Part shown: positions 46,751-56,398 of the stretch, one piece after another | How positions within the stretch are numbered: position 1 is the first letter of the stretch | How the letters are laid out: each line of letters opens with the position of its first letter | Virus record (IMG/VR): IMGVR_UViG_2924880783_000005 | Coordinates: 16,865 to 80,864 of that record | Length of the DNA: 64,000 nucleotides | DNA from: a virus | Taxonomy: Duplodnaviria; Caudoviricetes | Reading direction: 5' to 3' (one strand) | Made by a program: the position numbers and the translations under genes | Notes under the pieces: generated by a model | The model's input: only the letters and a program-made list of their open reading frames with translations | What the model was told of the DNA's origin: nothing | Databases searched by the model: none

Positions 46751-49062
46751 AAAACATAGAGGCGGAGAACCTGTGCGCTTTCCGCCACCTCTCGTACACC
46801 TTGCAGCAAGGGGTTACGACGCTCATCTTCGGCGACAATCGTGATAACGAGTCCCAGCAGTCGAACGGAGCCGGCAAGTCTGCGCTTCTGGAATGCATCG
46901 CCGTGGGTATCACGGGCAGCCCGCTCAGGAAGATTCGCTCGGAGGAGATTATCAACGATGCCGCCGAGGAGTGCCGCATCGAACTGCGCCTGACAAACGA
47001 TTTTTCGGGCGAGGAACTTTCCGTCGCCCGTCGCATTCCCCGTAAAGGGGCCTCGACAGTCGCCTGCATGCTCTGGCGGGACGGCAAGGAAGCAGAGACG
47101 GACGAGGCGGTACAGCCTTCCGTCGACGCCTACAACTGGTACATCCTCGACAAATTAGGCATCACGCGCGACGAACTGCTGAACAACTTCATCCTCTCGA
47201 AATACCGGTACGCGGATTTTCTCTCTTCATCGGACAAGGAGAAGAAAGAGATTATCAACCGATTCTCGAACGGCATCCTCGTGGACGAGGCCATCGCCCG
47301 TGTCGAGGAGGATATCGACCCGCTCAGTGACGAGCAGCAGCGGATCAACCTCGAACTGGCTGGTATCGACGGCCGCATCGGGATGTTGCAGGAGCAGATC
47401 GACCGTGAGACGGCAGCGCGTGAGGAGCGCGGACGCACCCGGGAGGCCCGCATCGCGGAACTCGAAGCGGCTATCGATGCCAAACGGGAGCAGATACGCG
47501 TACATAAAGAAGAAATGGCGGGAATCGGCTCAGCGATGGAGAAAGTCCGGCAGGCGGACGAGGCATTGCAGGAGCTGGAATCATCGGACACCCCATTGGA
47601 AGAGTGTCTGAAAGCCATCGAAACGTTTATGCCGCTTTTCCCGGATGCACGGCGTACGGACTGGAACCGGGCTGTCCGGCTCAAAAAGGAGAACATGGAA
47701 GTTGCCCGTGCCAGCCTTACCAACCTCGACGCGGCTGTCAAACAGGCAGAAGAGACGCTGGCGAAGAAACATACGGCATGGGAACGGTTCAAGGCGGACT
47801 ATGCCGGCTTCCGTTCTCTGTATAAGGACAAGACGGCGGATTTCCAGTCGCGGTTGTTGGATATCGACAAGCAGTTACGTGACCTTGCAGGACGTCTCGA
47901 TGACCTGCGCCGCAAGCGCCGTACCATTTCCGCCGGGATCGACGAGCTCTCCAACAAGCTGGCCGGCAAGATTGCCTGTCCCGCCTGCGGACACGAGTTC
48001 CTGGTGGCACATCCCGGCTTCGACATCGAGGCGGGAACAAAAGACCTGCGTATGCGCCAGCAGCAACTCTCCGAGATTAACGGCCGCATAGAAGCCGGAG
48101 AGCGGCAAACGGAAGAGGTCGAGATGCGGCAGAGTCGTATCCGTACCGAGAGCCGCACCCTGGAGAGTGACCGGCACGGCTGGGAACAGCGTCTTTCGGA
48201 ACACGAACGGGCGGTGCGCGGTGCTACCGACAAGGTAGAGAGTGCCGAACATCAACGAAAGCGGACCCATGCGGAGATAGCCGCCCTGCAGGACGAGGTC
48301 GACGGCATCCGCCGGAAAGTCTTCGACGAGGTGTTCGGCTTCATCGACGAGCGTAATGCCGCGCTCGGTCGGGAGAAGCGCAAAACCGAAGAGGATATCC
48401 GCGCCGCAGTGTGTGCCGTGGAGACCTTGCAGGATACCATCCGGGAGGTGAACGAGGCCACGACGACCGACCTGCCCCGGTCGCTCCGCGCCACGATGCA
48501 GCAGGAGAAACAACGTTCGATGGAGACCGCCAGACGGAAGTTCGAGGTGGACGACCGGGTGCGGGACTTGGAGGTACAGCGCGAGCGTTTCGTACAGTTC
48601 AAGACCTATTTAGCCAACACCAAGATCGAGGCGCTCAGCCGTATCACCAACGAATTTCTCATCGCCATCGGCAGCGACATCCGCATCCGTTTCGACGGCT
48701 ACACGGTGCTCAAAAGCGGCAAGGTACGCGAGAAGATCTCCATCTCGCTGCTGCGCGACGGCGTGGACTGCGGTAGCTTCGGCAAATTCTCCGCCGGAGA
48801 GGCGGCGCGGGTAAACCTCGCCACCATCCTTGCCATGCAGAAACTCGTAAACGCCAACTGCGACGACGGGAAAGGGCTGGATCTGCTGGTCCTCGACGAG
48901 ATACTCGAGGCCGTGGACGAAGCCGGTCTGGCGTCCATGTTCGAGGCGTTGAACGCCCTCGGCGGAACCGTGCTGGTCGTCTCGCACGGCAACGTCGCCG
49001 AGGGTTACCCCCATAAACTTGTAATCACGAAAGAGCATGGCGAGTCGAGAATCGGAGAATAG
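46738..49062 (+). CDS. sbcC: SbcC/Rad50-like ATPase
   Basis: Walker A GAGKS, coiled coil, CPAC zinc hook, FSAGE signature, LLVLDE Walker B. Confidence 0.9.
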   Translation: MWKLKNIEAENLCAFRHLSYTLQQGVTTLIFGDNRDNESQQSNGAGKSALLECIAVGITGSPLRKIRSEEIINDAAEECRIELRLTNDFSGEELSVARRIPRKGASTVACMLWRDGKEAETDEAVQPSVDAYNWYILDKLGITRDELLNNFILSKYRYADFLSSSDKEKKEIINRFSNGILVDEAIARVEEDIDPLSDEQQRINLELAGIDGRIGMLQEQIDRETAAREERGRTREARIAELEAAIDAKREQIRVHKEEMAGIGSAMEKVRQADEALQELESSDTPLEECLKAIETFMPLFPDARRTDWNRAVRLKKENMEVARASLTNLDAAVKQAEETLAKKHTAWERFKADYAGFRSLYKDKTADFQSRLLDIDKQLRDLAGRLDDLRRKRRTISAGIDELSNKLAGKIACPACGHEFLVAHPGFDIEAGTKDLRMRQQQLSEINGRIEAGERQTEEVEMRQSRIRTESRTLESDRHGWEQRLSEHERAVRGATDKVESAEHQRKRTHAEIAALQDEVDGIRRKVFDEVFGFIDERNAALGREKRKTEEDIRAAVCAVETLQDTIREVNEATTTDLPRSLRATMQQEKQRSMETARRKFEVDDRVRDLEVQRERFVQFKTYLANTKIEALSRITNEFLIAIGSDIRIRFDGYTVLKSGKVREKISISLLRDGVDCGSFGKFSAGEAARVNLATILAMQKLVNANCDDGKGLDLLVLDEILEAVDEAGLASMFEALNALGGTVLVVSHGNVAEGYPHKLVITKEHGESRIGE

Positions 49063-49522
49063 CCCCCTCACAAGGGAGCAGGTGCTGGCGTTGGACATCG
49101 CCACGCACACGGGATACTTCTCGCTGCACGAGGCCGGAGTATGGAACTTCACCGAATCGAAACGGCGCAACGGCAACAAGATGCACGGGGCGTTCCGCAC
49201 GATGCTCCTGACTTACATGCGCCGCCACGGCATCCGTCAGGTCGTGGCCGAAGACGTGAGCGTAAATCGCCACTTCTACGACATGCGGCGACTGGCGGAG
49301 CTGCGCGGGATTCTACTCGAGGTATGCGACGAACTGGATATTCCGGAGCCGGCGTTTATCAATCCGGCGACGCTCAAGAAATGGGCTACGGGAGACGGGC
49401 ATGCTTCCAAGTCGCAGATGATCGCCGCGTGCAAGAACAAGTACGGCATCGTGCCCGTGGACGACAACGCGGCCGACGCCTGCCACCTGTTCTATTATTA
49501 CATACGCAAATACAGATTGTAA
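49037..49522 (+). CDS. RuvC-like Holliday junction resolvase
   Basis: LALDIATHTG, VVAED and DNAADA acidic catalytic motifs. Confidence 0.8.
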   Translation: MASRESENSPLTREQVLALDIATHTGYFSLHEAGVWNFTESKRRNGNKMHGAFRTMLLTYMRRHGIRQVVAEDVSVNRHFYDMRRLAELRGILLEVCDELDIPEPAFINPATLKKWATGDGHASKSQMIAACKNKYGIVPVDDNAADACHLFYYYIRKYRL

Positions 49523-49543
49523 ACCGGCAAGGACATAAAATCA

Positions 49544-49569
49544 GGGCGGCGGGGTTGCCGCCCGCTTTC
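49544..49569 (+). terminator. Possible weak terminator
   Basis: GGGCGGC/GCCGCCC stem followed by GCTTTC. Confidence 0.4.
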
Positions 49570-49641
49570 AATTGACGCTCACCGAAGCTGACAGATTAGG
49601 ACATAAGATTCATTATCAACTTCTTTTCAGTCAGTGAAAGT

Positions 49642-50262
49642 GTGGGAAAGAACGATATGTTTACGGCGAATCCATCCTCGGGGGATGAATCCGCCATACG
49701 GCGGGCGGCGCTTCTTAGGAAGTATGTCATGCCTCATAAAAATTTGATATACAGCATTTGTATCAAGTACACCTTTAATCAGGAAGATGTCGAGGACAAC
49801 TACATAGAGGCCCTTACGAACTTCTTCAAGTACATGGATTCATACGACCCGACGCGGCCCGTGAAGACGTGGATATACGCCGTCACGAAGCGGCTCGTCG
49901 CCGACCTGAACTCCCGGAACCGCAGCCGGACGCCGCAGGACGATAATATAGACATCGGGGAGCTGCGTTCGGCGCTGCCTTTCGACGACGAGCCGTCGGA
50001 GAACTGTATGGGCATGGACAACTACCGCAAGTTCTACAACGACGACATCCTTTGGGCGTTGGACAGGCTCAAGCCGATTTACCGGGAAGCCTTCCTGCTG
50101 CAACAGGCTGGCTACAAGATCGGTGAGATTATGGAAATCACCTACCGTAACGGCACGCTCCAGGCCCGGAACATCGAGACGGTCAAGAGCCGTCTGTTTC
50201 TGGCAAAGACACAACTGCGCAACCTTTTGACCCGCGATGGAGAGAGACGAGTGGAAAAATAA
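49642..50262 (+). CDS. ECF-type RNA polymerase sigma-70 factor
   Basis: Region 2 (EDVEDNYIEA...KTWIYAV) and region 4 (YKIGEI...TVKSRLFLAK). Confidence 0.88.
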   Translation: MGKNDMFTANPSSGDESAIRRAALLRKYVMPHKNLIYSICIKYTFNQEDVEDNYIEALTNFFKYMDSYDPTRPVKTWIYAVTKRLVADLNSRNRSRTPQDDNIDIGELRSALPFDDEPSENCMGMDNYRKFYNDDILWALDRLKPIYREAFLLQQAGYKIGEIMEITYRNGTLQARNIETVKSRLFLAKTQLRNLLTRDGERRVEK

Positions 50263-50842
50263 CAGCCGGCGGCTCTTCACCCGTCTCGTGCGCACGACCC
50301 TGTGGGCGGACTTCGTCTTTCCCGCGGGTGGCAGCACGGGCAGGGTGCTGGACGCGTGCTTCGACGCCCTGGCTCCGGTCAGCGCGGAGCGCCTGGCGGA
50401 CTTCTGCGTCTGTCAGGTCCATGCCATTTCCGGCTTCGGCGCGGACTACCGTCGCCGGTGGAATGTCTCGCACTCTTTCGGCGGGAAGGCCGTGCGCCGT
50501 TATCTGCAAGCGGGAAGACAGAGCCGTTATTACGAGGACCGTTGGCTGAAAAGTTTTTCCCTCTCTCGTGCGGAATTGGCGGCTTCCGTCGAGAACCGAA
50601 GCCTTCATCCGCTTGCGCAGTTCATATTTCCCGAATACGAGGAGGTTACCAAACGGCGCCTGCTTTCGACCGAAGCGGGCTATGTCGTCTGCGGCATCTC
50701 CACGCTGCTGTGGACTCCCTTCTCGCCCGCCTGCCGGCTGTGTGTCCATGCCGAACGCTGCCGGCGCAGGACGGCATCCCTTTACCACGAGTTGTACCGC
50801 ATCCGCCGCGAGGCATGGAATGAAAAGGAGGCCGGAGTATGA
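50237..50842 (+). CDS. Hypothetical protein with a C-terminal CxxC...C cluster
   Basis: Overlap-coupled between the sigma and helicase genes. Confidence 0.7.
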   Translation: MERDEWKNNSRRLFTRLVRTTLWADFVFPAGGSTGRVLDACFDALAPVSAERLADFCVCQVHAISGFGADYRRRWNVSHSFGGKAVRRYLQAGRQSRYYEDRWLKSFSLSRAELAASVENRSLHPLAQFIFPEYEEVTKRRLLSTEAGYVVCGISTLLWTPFSPACRLCVHAERCRRRTASLYHELYRIRREAWNEKEAGV

Positions 50843-52194
50843 GCACGACCAATCCCCTGAGCGCGGAGTTTCTCTACGAGCTGTACGCCACGGCTCTCAG
50901 GCAGGAGAACCTGTGCGGCATACTGGCCCGCTACATGCGCAAGGAGTATCTGCCTGACCGCTCGTTCCAGCGTGTGCAGGAACGTATCGCCTCGCACTAC
51001 CGCACCTACAAGACCCCGCCCTCCTATGCCATGCTGGCACAAGCCTTTCAGGAGGATTATGACGCCTTGGAACTTATCGACACCTTCCGCGAGTACGACG
51101 AGGGGCAGAGCGCCGAGGTGATGACCGACATGCTCGAAACCTATATCAAGGGCGTGAGGCTGCAGGCGGTCTATGCCGAGGTGGGCAAACTCTACAACGA
51201 GAGCCGGCAGGACAAGGCGGAGAAGACGCTTCGGGAATATGCCGAATGGCTGGCCGGCTTCACGCTCAAAAGTTCCTCCTTCGTGGATGTGGCCGAGACC
51301 TTCTCGGAGCGTTTCGAGCGCAACCGCCGTCGTGAAGAGGAAGAGGAGCGTTCGACGGCTCCCCGCGTGTCCCGTTTTTATATCCCGTACCTTGACGCAT
51401 TGAACGGCGGCCGCAACCTCAGAGGGCAATTGAGCTGCTTCCTGGCATCAACGGGTGTAGGAAAATCCCATATCGCCAAATGGATAGGCGTACGGGCGAA
51501 TATCGACGACGGGCTGCATGTACTGCACTTCCAACTTGAAGGCTCGGAAGAGGAGGCGCTGAACGCCTACTCGGGAGGACTTATCGCCAAGAACGCCTAC
51601 TATTTCGAGCGGGGAAAGATTTCGGACACGGAGATGCGGCATTTGGAAAAGCAGGTACTTTCATACGCCGGCAGCATCACCGTGCGTAGCTATCCGCGCT
51701 TCAACGCGCAGGTCTCGACGCTCGACATCAAAAACGGCATTTCGGAATACCGCAAGCTCAAAGGGCATAACCCCGACATCGTCATTGTGGATTCGATGGA
51801 CTTGCTCACGGATGCCGCCCGCCGTGCATGGGATGCCGGTCATGAGCGGGCGAAGCGCATCGCCGTTGCCAACGACCTCAAGGACTTGGCGGCCGACGAA
51901 AAGGTATGGATGGTCGTCACCTATCAGTCCACCATAGAAGACCGGGACTGGCTTAATGACGAAAGAAATGTGTTGACCGAATATAACTGCTCGGAAGCGA
52001 AAGGGCTGTCGCGTCCCTGCACGCACCTTATCTCGCTCAACCAGTCATCGGCCGAGCGCAAGGAGAACGTCATGCGCCTGCACGTGGCCAAAAGCCGTTT
52101 CTTCAAAAAGGGAGATACCATAAAGATTGCGACGGATTATGACAACGAGGTGTTTTACGACGGGCGGCGGACGATGAACCTGAACAGGGAATAA
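50839..52194 (+). CDS. DnaB-like replicative helicase
   Basis: Walker A ASTGVGKS, IVIVDSMD and LHVAKSRF motifs. Confidence 0.85.
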   Translation: MSTTNPLSAEFLYELYATALRQENLCGILARYMRKEYLPDRSFQRVQERIASHYRTYKTPPSYAMLAQAFQEDYDALELIDTFREYDEGQSAEVMTDMLETYIKGVRLQAVYAEVGKLYNESRQDKAEKTLREYAEWLAGFTLKSSSFVDVAETFSERFERNRRREEEEERSTAPRVSRFYIPYLDALNGGRNLRGQLSCFLASTGVGKSHIAKWIGVRANIDDGLHVLHFQLEGSEEEALNAYSGGLIAKNAYYFERGKISDTEMRHLEKQVLSYAGSITVRSYPRFNAQVSTLDIKNGISEYRKLKGHNPDIVIVDSMDLLTDAARRAWDAGHERAKRIAVANDLKDLAADEKVWMVVTYQSTIEDRDWLNDERNVLTEYNCSEAKGLSRPCTHLISLNQSSAERKENVMRLHVAKSRFFKKGDTIKIATDYDNEVFYDGRRTMNLNRE

Positions 52195-52246
52195 TCTTTT
52201 CATGTTTTTTCAAACCCTGCCGTAGGGGCCGGTACTATACCTTAAT

Positions 52247-53287
52247 ATGGAGTTATCGGTACAGGAACAGCAATATCTGGTTTCGGAGATCGCCCGCGAG
52301 ACGGGGGCGAAACGTGACGGCGGGGGCAAGAACCTGATTGTCCCGCGCTGTCCGTTCTGCGGCAAGACGGGCGGTAAGTTCGGTATCTACATCGGACCTG
52401 AGACCGCCCGCCGCACTCCCTTTATGGCGCACTGCTTTTCGTGCGGCGCATCGACCCGCACCCTCGAACAGCTGCTCGAAGCCATCGGCCGCATGGACCT
52501 GATGGTCGCGTCAACCGCCGACATTGCCGCACCCCTGGATAACATCCTGCTCGCACGAGCCGAGCAACCGGAAATTGATGACGGGCTGGTCGGTGTCGAA
52601 CTGCCGGACTTCTACAAACGCACCTTCCGGCATCCGTACCTGCATGAACGAGGCTTCGTCTTCGACGACTACGAATACTTTCCCGTGGGCAGTACCGGCA
52701 AGCTCAATCCCCGTTATGCCGACTACGTGATATTTCCCGTCATCGACGACGGGGCCACGGTGGGTTATGTGGGGCGACATATCTGGCCGAAAGCGGATAT
52801 CGACGCCTACAACCGCAAGGCAAAATATTCCGGTTGCTACAAAATCCTCCGTTATCGAAATTCAACCGATAACGACTTTTCCAGACTGCTCTATAACTAC
52901 GATGCCATTCGTGACGGGAAGACCGACACGGTCATTCTCACGGAGGGCATTTTCGATGTCATTGCCCTTACGCGCAAGCTCGAACTTTACGACAACCCGC
53001 ATATTGCCGTCGTGGCGACCTTCGGGAAGAAAATCTCCGACGTGCAAATCTTCAAACTGCAATCGAAAGGCGTCCGGACGGTGGTCATCGGATACGACGG
53101 CGATGCCGTGGAGGCTGTCAAACGGACGGCGGAGCGACTGAAACCCTATTTCGAGGTCCTCATCGCCGACATTGCCGATGCCGGCAAGGACTGGGACGAG
53201 ATGAACGAACAGGAGATTTACGAAACATTCGCCTACCGGCTGCTGACGCCTATCGAATACAAACTCAAGAAGGTACAGGAAAGATGA
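52247..53287 (+). CDS. DNA primase (Zn finger plus TOPRIM)
   Basis: CPFC...HCFSC; TEGIFD and GYDGD TOPRIM motifs. Confidence 0.88.
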   Translation: MELSVQEQQYLVSEIARETGAKRDGGGKNLIVPRCPFCGKTGGKFGIYIGPETARRTPFMAHCFSCGASTRTLEQLLEAIGRMDLMVASTADIAAPLDNILLARAEQPEIDDGLVGVELPDFYKRTFRHPYLHERGFVFDDYEYFPVGSTGKLNPRYADYVIFPVIDDGATVGYVGRHIWPKADIDAYNRKAKYSGCYKILRYRNSTDNDFSRLLYNYDAIRDGKTDTVILTEGIFDVIALTRKLELYDNPHIAVVATFGKKISDVQIFKLQSKGVRTVVIGYDGDAVEAVKRTAERLKPYFEVLIADIADAGKDWDEMNEQEIYETFAYRLLTPIEYKLKKVQER

Positions 53288-55041
53288 TACGGGAACTTTT
53301 TGCATGGCTCGATGCCCAGAATATAGATTACAAGCCGGTCGATACGGAGGTCGCGGAACTTCCAGGTTTCGGTAAACTTTTCATGGCCGACCTCTCGGAC
53401 GTGGACTCCATCTTCCGGGGTGAGGGCGACAATCTTGCTTTCAACCTGATGGAGAGTTCCGAGGTATTGCAGGAGGAAGGCATCTATCATGTCGCTTTCC
53501 CGTTCGGGCGGAACTGGTACTATTACGACCTGCGGGAGAACTTCCGTTTCCACATCCTCAAATATGTCGGCCGTCCGAAAACGCCGAGACACGACATTCC
53601 GTTCGTAAACCTGGGTATCCACACGCCTTACGAGTTGCTGAACGCTTCGGGAGCTCTGGAGACATGGAGCCGCAAGGCGAAATGGCTCGGACAGACGGCT
53701 GTCGGCATCTGCGACCGCAACACGATGGCCGCGACACTCAATCTTCAGAAAGCATGTGCCCAAGCCGGGCTAAAACACGTCTTCGGCTACTCGCTGGCCA
53801 TGGAACACGACGGGGAGCCGGTCGATATCAAGATATACGCCTTGACGGACGAGGGACTGCACAACCTGTTGCGTATCCAGCGGGCCGTGATGGTCGATTC
53901 CGAAAAACACGTGTTGACGTATGACCGGCTGCTCACCTGCGCCGCCGGCTGCGCGCTGGTGTTCGCCACCCGTTCGGTCTTTTGGATGACCGCACACCCG
54001 GGACACCTCAAACGGTTGCAGCAGGGATTCGAGGCGGTATACTACCAAGTGGACGGCAGCGAGTACAAGGCCGATCGCATTGACCGCGAGCGGCTTCAGG
54101 CCCTGAAACATTATTTCGGAAAATGCTACGCCCCCGTGACAGACACCTTCACGGTGGAACCCGTCCTGATTGCGGACTGCCATTACCCTGACCGGGACGA
54201 GGCGAACTCGAAAATCGTGCTGAACAAAATCGCCTCGGGAGCCGCGCACGAGCAGAGCGACGACCTCTACTTCAAAAGCGTGGACGAGCATTACGACACG
54301 CTCCGTCCGCTCTTCTCCGAGGGTTGGGATTTCGACGCCCTGTTCCGGCGCATGTGCCGTCACACGGTGGAGATTGCGGAACGGGCGGACGCCGCCTTCG
54401 AGACGGGGCGCATGTTCATGCCTGAATACCGTATGCGGCCGGAAGAACGGGAACGGTACGGGGACAGACGGACGATGTTCCTGCGCCTGCTGGAAGAGGG
54501 GCTGCTGCGGAAAGTGCCGGACGCGGGCAGGAAACGCTACCGGGAGCGGCTGGACGAGGAGGTCTATATCATCGAATCGACCGACAACGTGGACTACTTT
54601 CTCGTGCAGTGGGACATGGTGCGGGAGGCACACCGGCGGGGAATAGCTACCGGTATCGGACGTGGTTCCGCCGGAGGGTCATTGGTATCCTATCTATTGG
54701 ACATTACCTCCATCGACCCGTTGAAATACGACTTGATATTCTCCCGCTTCCTCGTTCCGGAGCGTTGCGGCCTGAACTGGAAAGAGGAGATAACGGTGCT
54801 GGCCCCGGATGTCATTCTCCAACGAGGGGAAAGCTATGTGGAGCTGACGATGGACGACGTGACCTGCCGGCTGTGTGCGGACGCCCGTCTGCGGGTGATC
54901 CGTGACGGCAAGGAGCTGACGATATATGCCGATGAACTGATTCGTGGCGATGAGATCCTTTTCGACCGCCGAGATTTATTGTGGAACCTAAAGGACTTCG
55001 AAACCCATGAACCCGAACTACGAACACCTCAGCCCCTATGA
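53284..55041 (+). CDS. dnaE: DNA polymerase III alpha, N-terminal half (PHP domain) with a Hint-like tail
   Basis: HTPYELLNASG PHP motif; GRGSAGGSLVSYLLDITSIDP...FSRFLVPER followed by a non-DnaE tail. Confidence 0.92.
   Translation: MIRELFAWLDAQNIDYKPVDTEVAELPGFGKLFMADLSDVDSIFRGEGDNLAFNLMESSEVLQEEGIYHVAFPFGRNWYYYDLRENFRFHILKYVGRPKTPRHDIPFVNLGIHTPYELLNASGALETWSRKAKWLGQTAVGICDRNTMAATLNLQKACAQAGLKHVFGYSLAMEHDGEPVDIKIYALTDEGLHNLLRIQRAVMVDSEKHVLTYDRLLTCAAGCALVFATRSVFWMTAHPGHLKRLQQGFEAVYYQVDGSEYKADRIDRERLQALKHYFGKCYAPVTDTFTVEPVLIADCHYPDRDEANSKIVLNKIASGAAHEQSDDLYFKSVDEHYDTLRPLFSEGWDFDALFRRMCRHTVEIAERADAAFETGRMFMPEYRMRPEERERYGDRRTMFLRLLEEGLLRKVPDAGRKRYRERLDEEVYIIESTDNVDYFLVQWDMVREAHRRGIATGIGRGSAGGSLVSYLLDITSIDPLKYDLIFSRFLVPERCGLNWKEEITVLAPDVILQRGESYVELTMDDVTCRLCADARLRVIRDGKELTIYADELIRGDEILFDRRDLLWNLKDFETHEPELRTPQPL
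54766..55038 (+). other. Degenerate N-terminal split-intein (Hint)-like segment, 91 aa
   Basis: Begins with Cys right after FLVPER; ELTMDDVTCRLCADARLRVIRDGKELTIYADELIRGDEIL resembles block B and the A.eL..GD.i motif, but TxxH is replaced by CxxA. Confidence 0.6.
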
Positions 55042-55774
55042 CGGCTGCGACCTTTACCGGGGCGACGCCCTCGAAGTGCTGCCGCTGCTTGCATCGCATG
55101 GCCTGAGGGCGGATATGGTCTTCACCGACCCGCCGTATGGAACCACGCATTGCCGCTGGGATGCCGTCATCGACATCCCGGAGATGTGGAAGGCTCTGAA
55201 TGGTGTCATCATGCCTCAGACGCCGATTCTGCTGTTCTGCCAGCAGCCCTTTACCAGCGTATTGGGAGCTTCCAACCTGCGGCGGTTGCGCTACTCGTGG
55301 GTCTGGGAAAAGACACAGCCGACGGGCTTCCTGAACGCACGACGCATGCCGATGAAGGCGCACGAGGACATTCTGGTCTTCTATGACAAGCTGCCCAGGT
55401 ACAATCCGATAAAGACCGGCGGGCATCCGCGCAAGGTAGTCATGGCATCGCACCAGAAAAAATGCGATGCGGGAGAAATTTACCGTCGCCACGACAACTA
55501 CCGTGACTACAACTCCACGGAACGCTATCCGCGCAGCGTGCTGCGGTTCAAGACCGACAAGCAGCTCTCCTGCCTGCACGCCACGCAGAAGCCCGTCGCC
55601 CTATTAGAATACCTGATCCGCACCTACACCGGCGAGGGCGACACGGTGCTCGACTTCGCCATGGGCAGCGGCAGCACCGCCGTGGCATGCCGCAACACGG
55701 GACGGCGGTTTGTCGGCATAGAGATAGACGAAACGATTTTTCAAACCGCATACAACAGAATAACACATGGCTGA
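55007..55774 (+). CDS. Beta-class N4-C/N6-A DNA methyltransferase
   Basis: DPPY motif IV precedes DFAMGSGST motif I; HATQKPVALLEYLI. Confidence 0.92.
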   Translation: MNPNYEHLSPYDGCDLYRGDALEVLPLLASHGLRADMVFTDPPYGTTHCRWDAVIDIPEMWKALNGVIMPQTPILLFCQQPFTSVLGASNLRRLRYSWVWEKTQPTGFLNARRMPMKAHEDILVFYDKLPRYNPIKTGGHPRKVVMASHQKKCDAGEIYRRHDNYRDYNSTERYPRSVLRFKTDKQLSCLHATQKPVALLEYLIRTYTGEGDTVLDFAMGSGSTAVACRNTGRRFVGIEIDETIFQTAYNRITHG

Positions 55775-56309
55775 CACTCGGGAAATCTGGGTGGACATCA
55801 AAAACTATGAAGGGAAATATCAGATCAGCAACAAGGGGCGTGTCAAAAGTCTCGCACGGGAGGTCTTGCGTGTGGGCTTCAGCTATTGGCTGCCCGAACG
55901 CATCCTGTCGCCCTGGTGCGGGACGACATCCCTGTATGACCGCATCCGGCTTTACCGGGGCGGCGTCGGGAGGAAGTTTTCAGTCCATCGGCTGGTGGCG
56001 CGGCACTTCCTGCCCGACTGGGACCCGGCATTGGAGATCAACCACATCGACGGCAACCGCAACAACAACGCGGCGGACAACCTCGAAATGTGTACACGCC
56101 AGCGCAATATGGAGCATGCCATTGCCAGCGGGCTCAAGAACGACTACGGGGAAAGGAACCGCAATGCCAGGCTGACCAACGCGCAGGCGGAAGAGGTCCG
56201 GCGGAAATACCATGCGGGAGGACTCTCGCAGGAAGCCCTTGCCAGAGAGTACGGGGTGTGCCGCCAGACAGTCAGCGCCATTATACGATATAAGAAATAT
56301 TACAGATGA
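55767..56309 (+). CDS. NUMOD4-HNH homing-type endonuclease with C-terminal HTH
   Basis: WVDIKNYEGKYQISNKGRVKS (NUMOD4); VHRLVA...INHIDGNRNNNAADNLE (HNH). Confidence 0.92.
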   Translation: MADTREIWVDIKNYEGKYQISNKGRVKSLAREVLRVGFSYWLPERILSPWCGTTSLYDRIRLYRGGVGRKFSVHRLVARHFLPDWDPALEINHIDGNRNNNAADNLEMCTRQRNMEHAIASGLKNDYGERNRNARLTNAQAEEVRRKYHAGGLSQEALAREYGVCRQTVSAIIRYKKYYR

Positions 56310-56398
56310 AAGTAACGGATATCAGGATAAAACGTGCCCACGCGCCGTTGGCGGTCATGGACACTTTTGTGGACAAGGGGTTGGTGGCGGGCGGACAC
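56306..56398 (+). other. Degenerate C-terminal split-intein-like segment
   Basis: MKVTDIRIK...AVMDTFVD...GGH|AS resembles IntC blocks F and G but lacks the terminal Asn. Confidence 0.5.

Noticed and set aside
52213-52243. Late-promoter motif upstream of the primase gene
   Set aside because: The -10 part (CTATACCTT) deviates from CTACTCTT; too weak to include.
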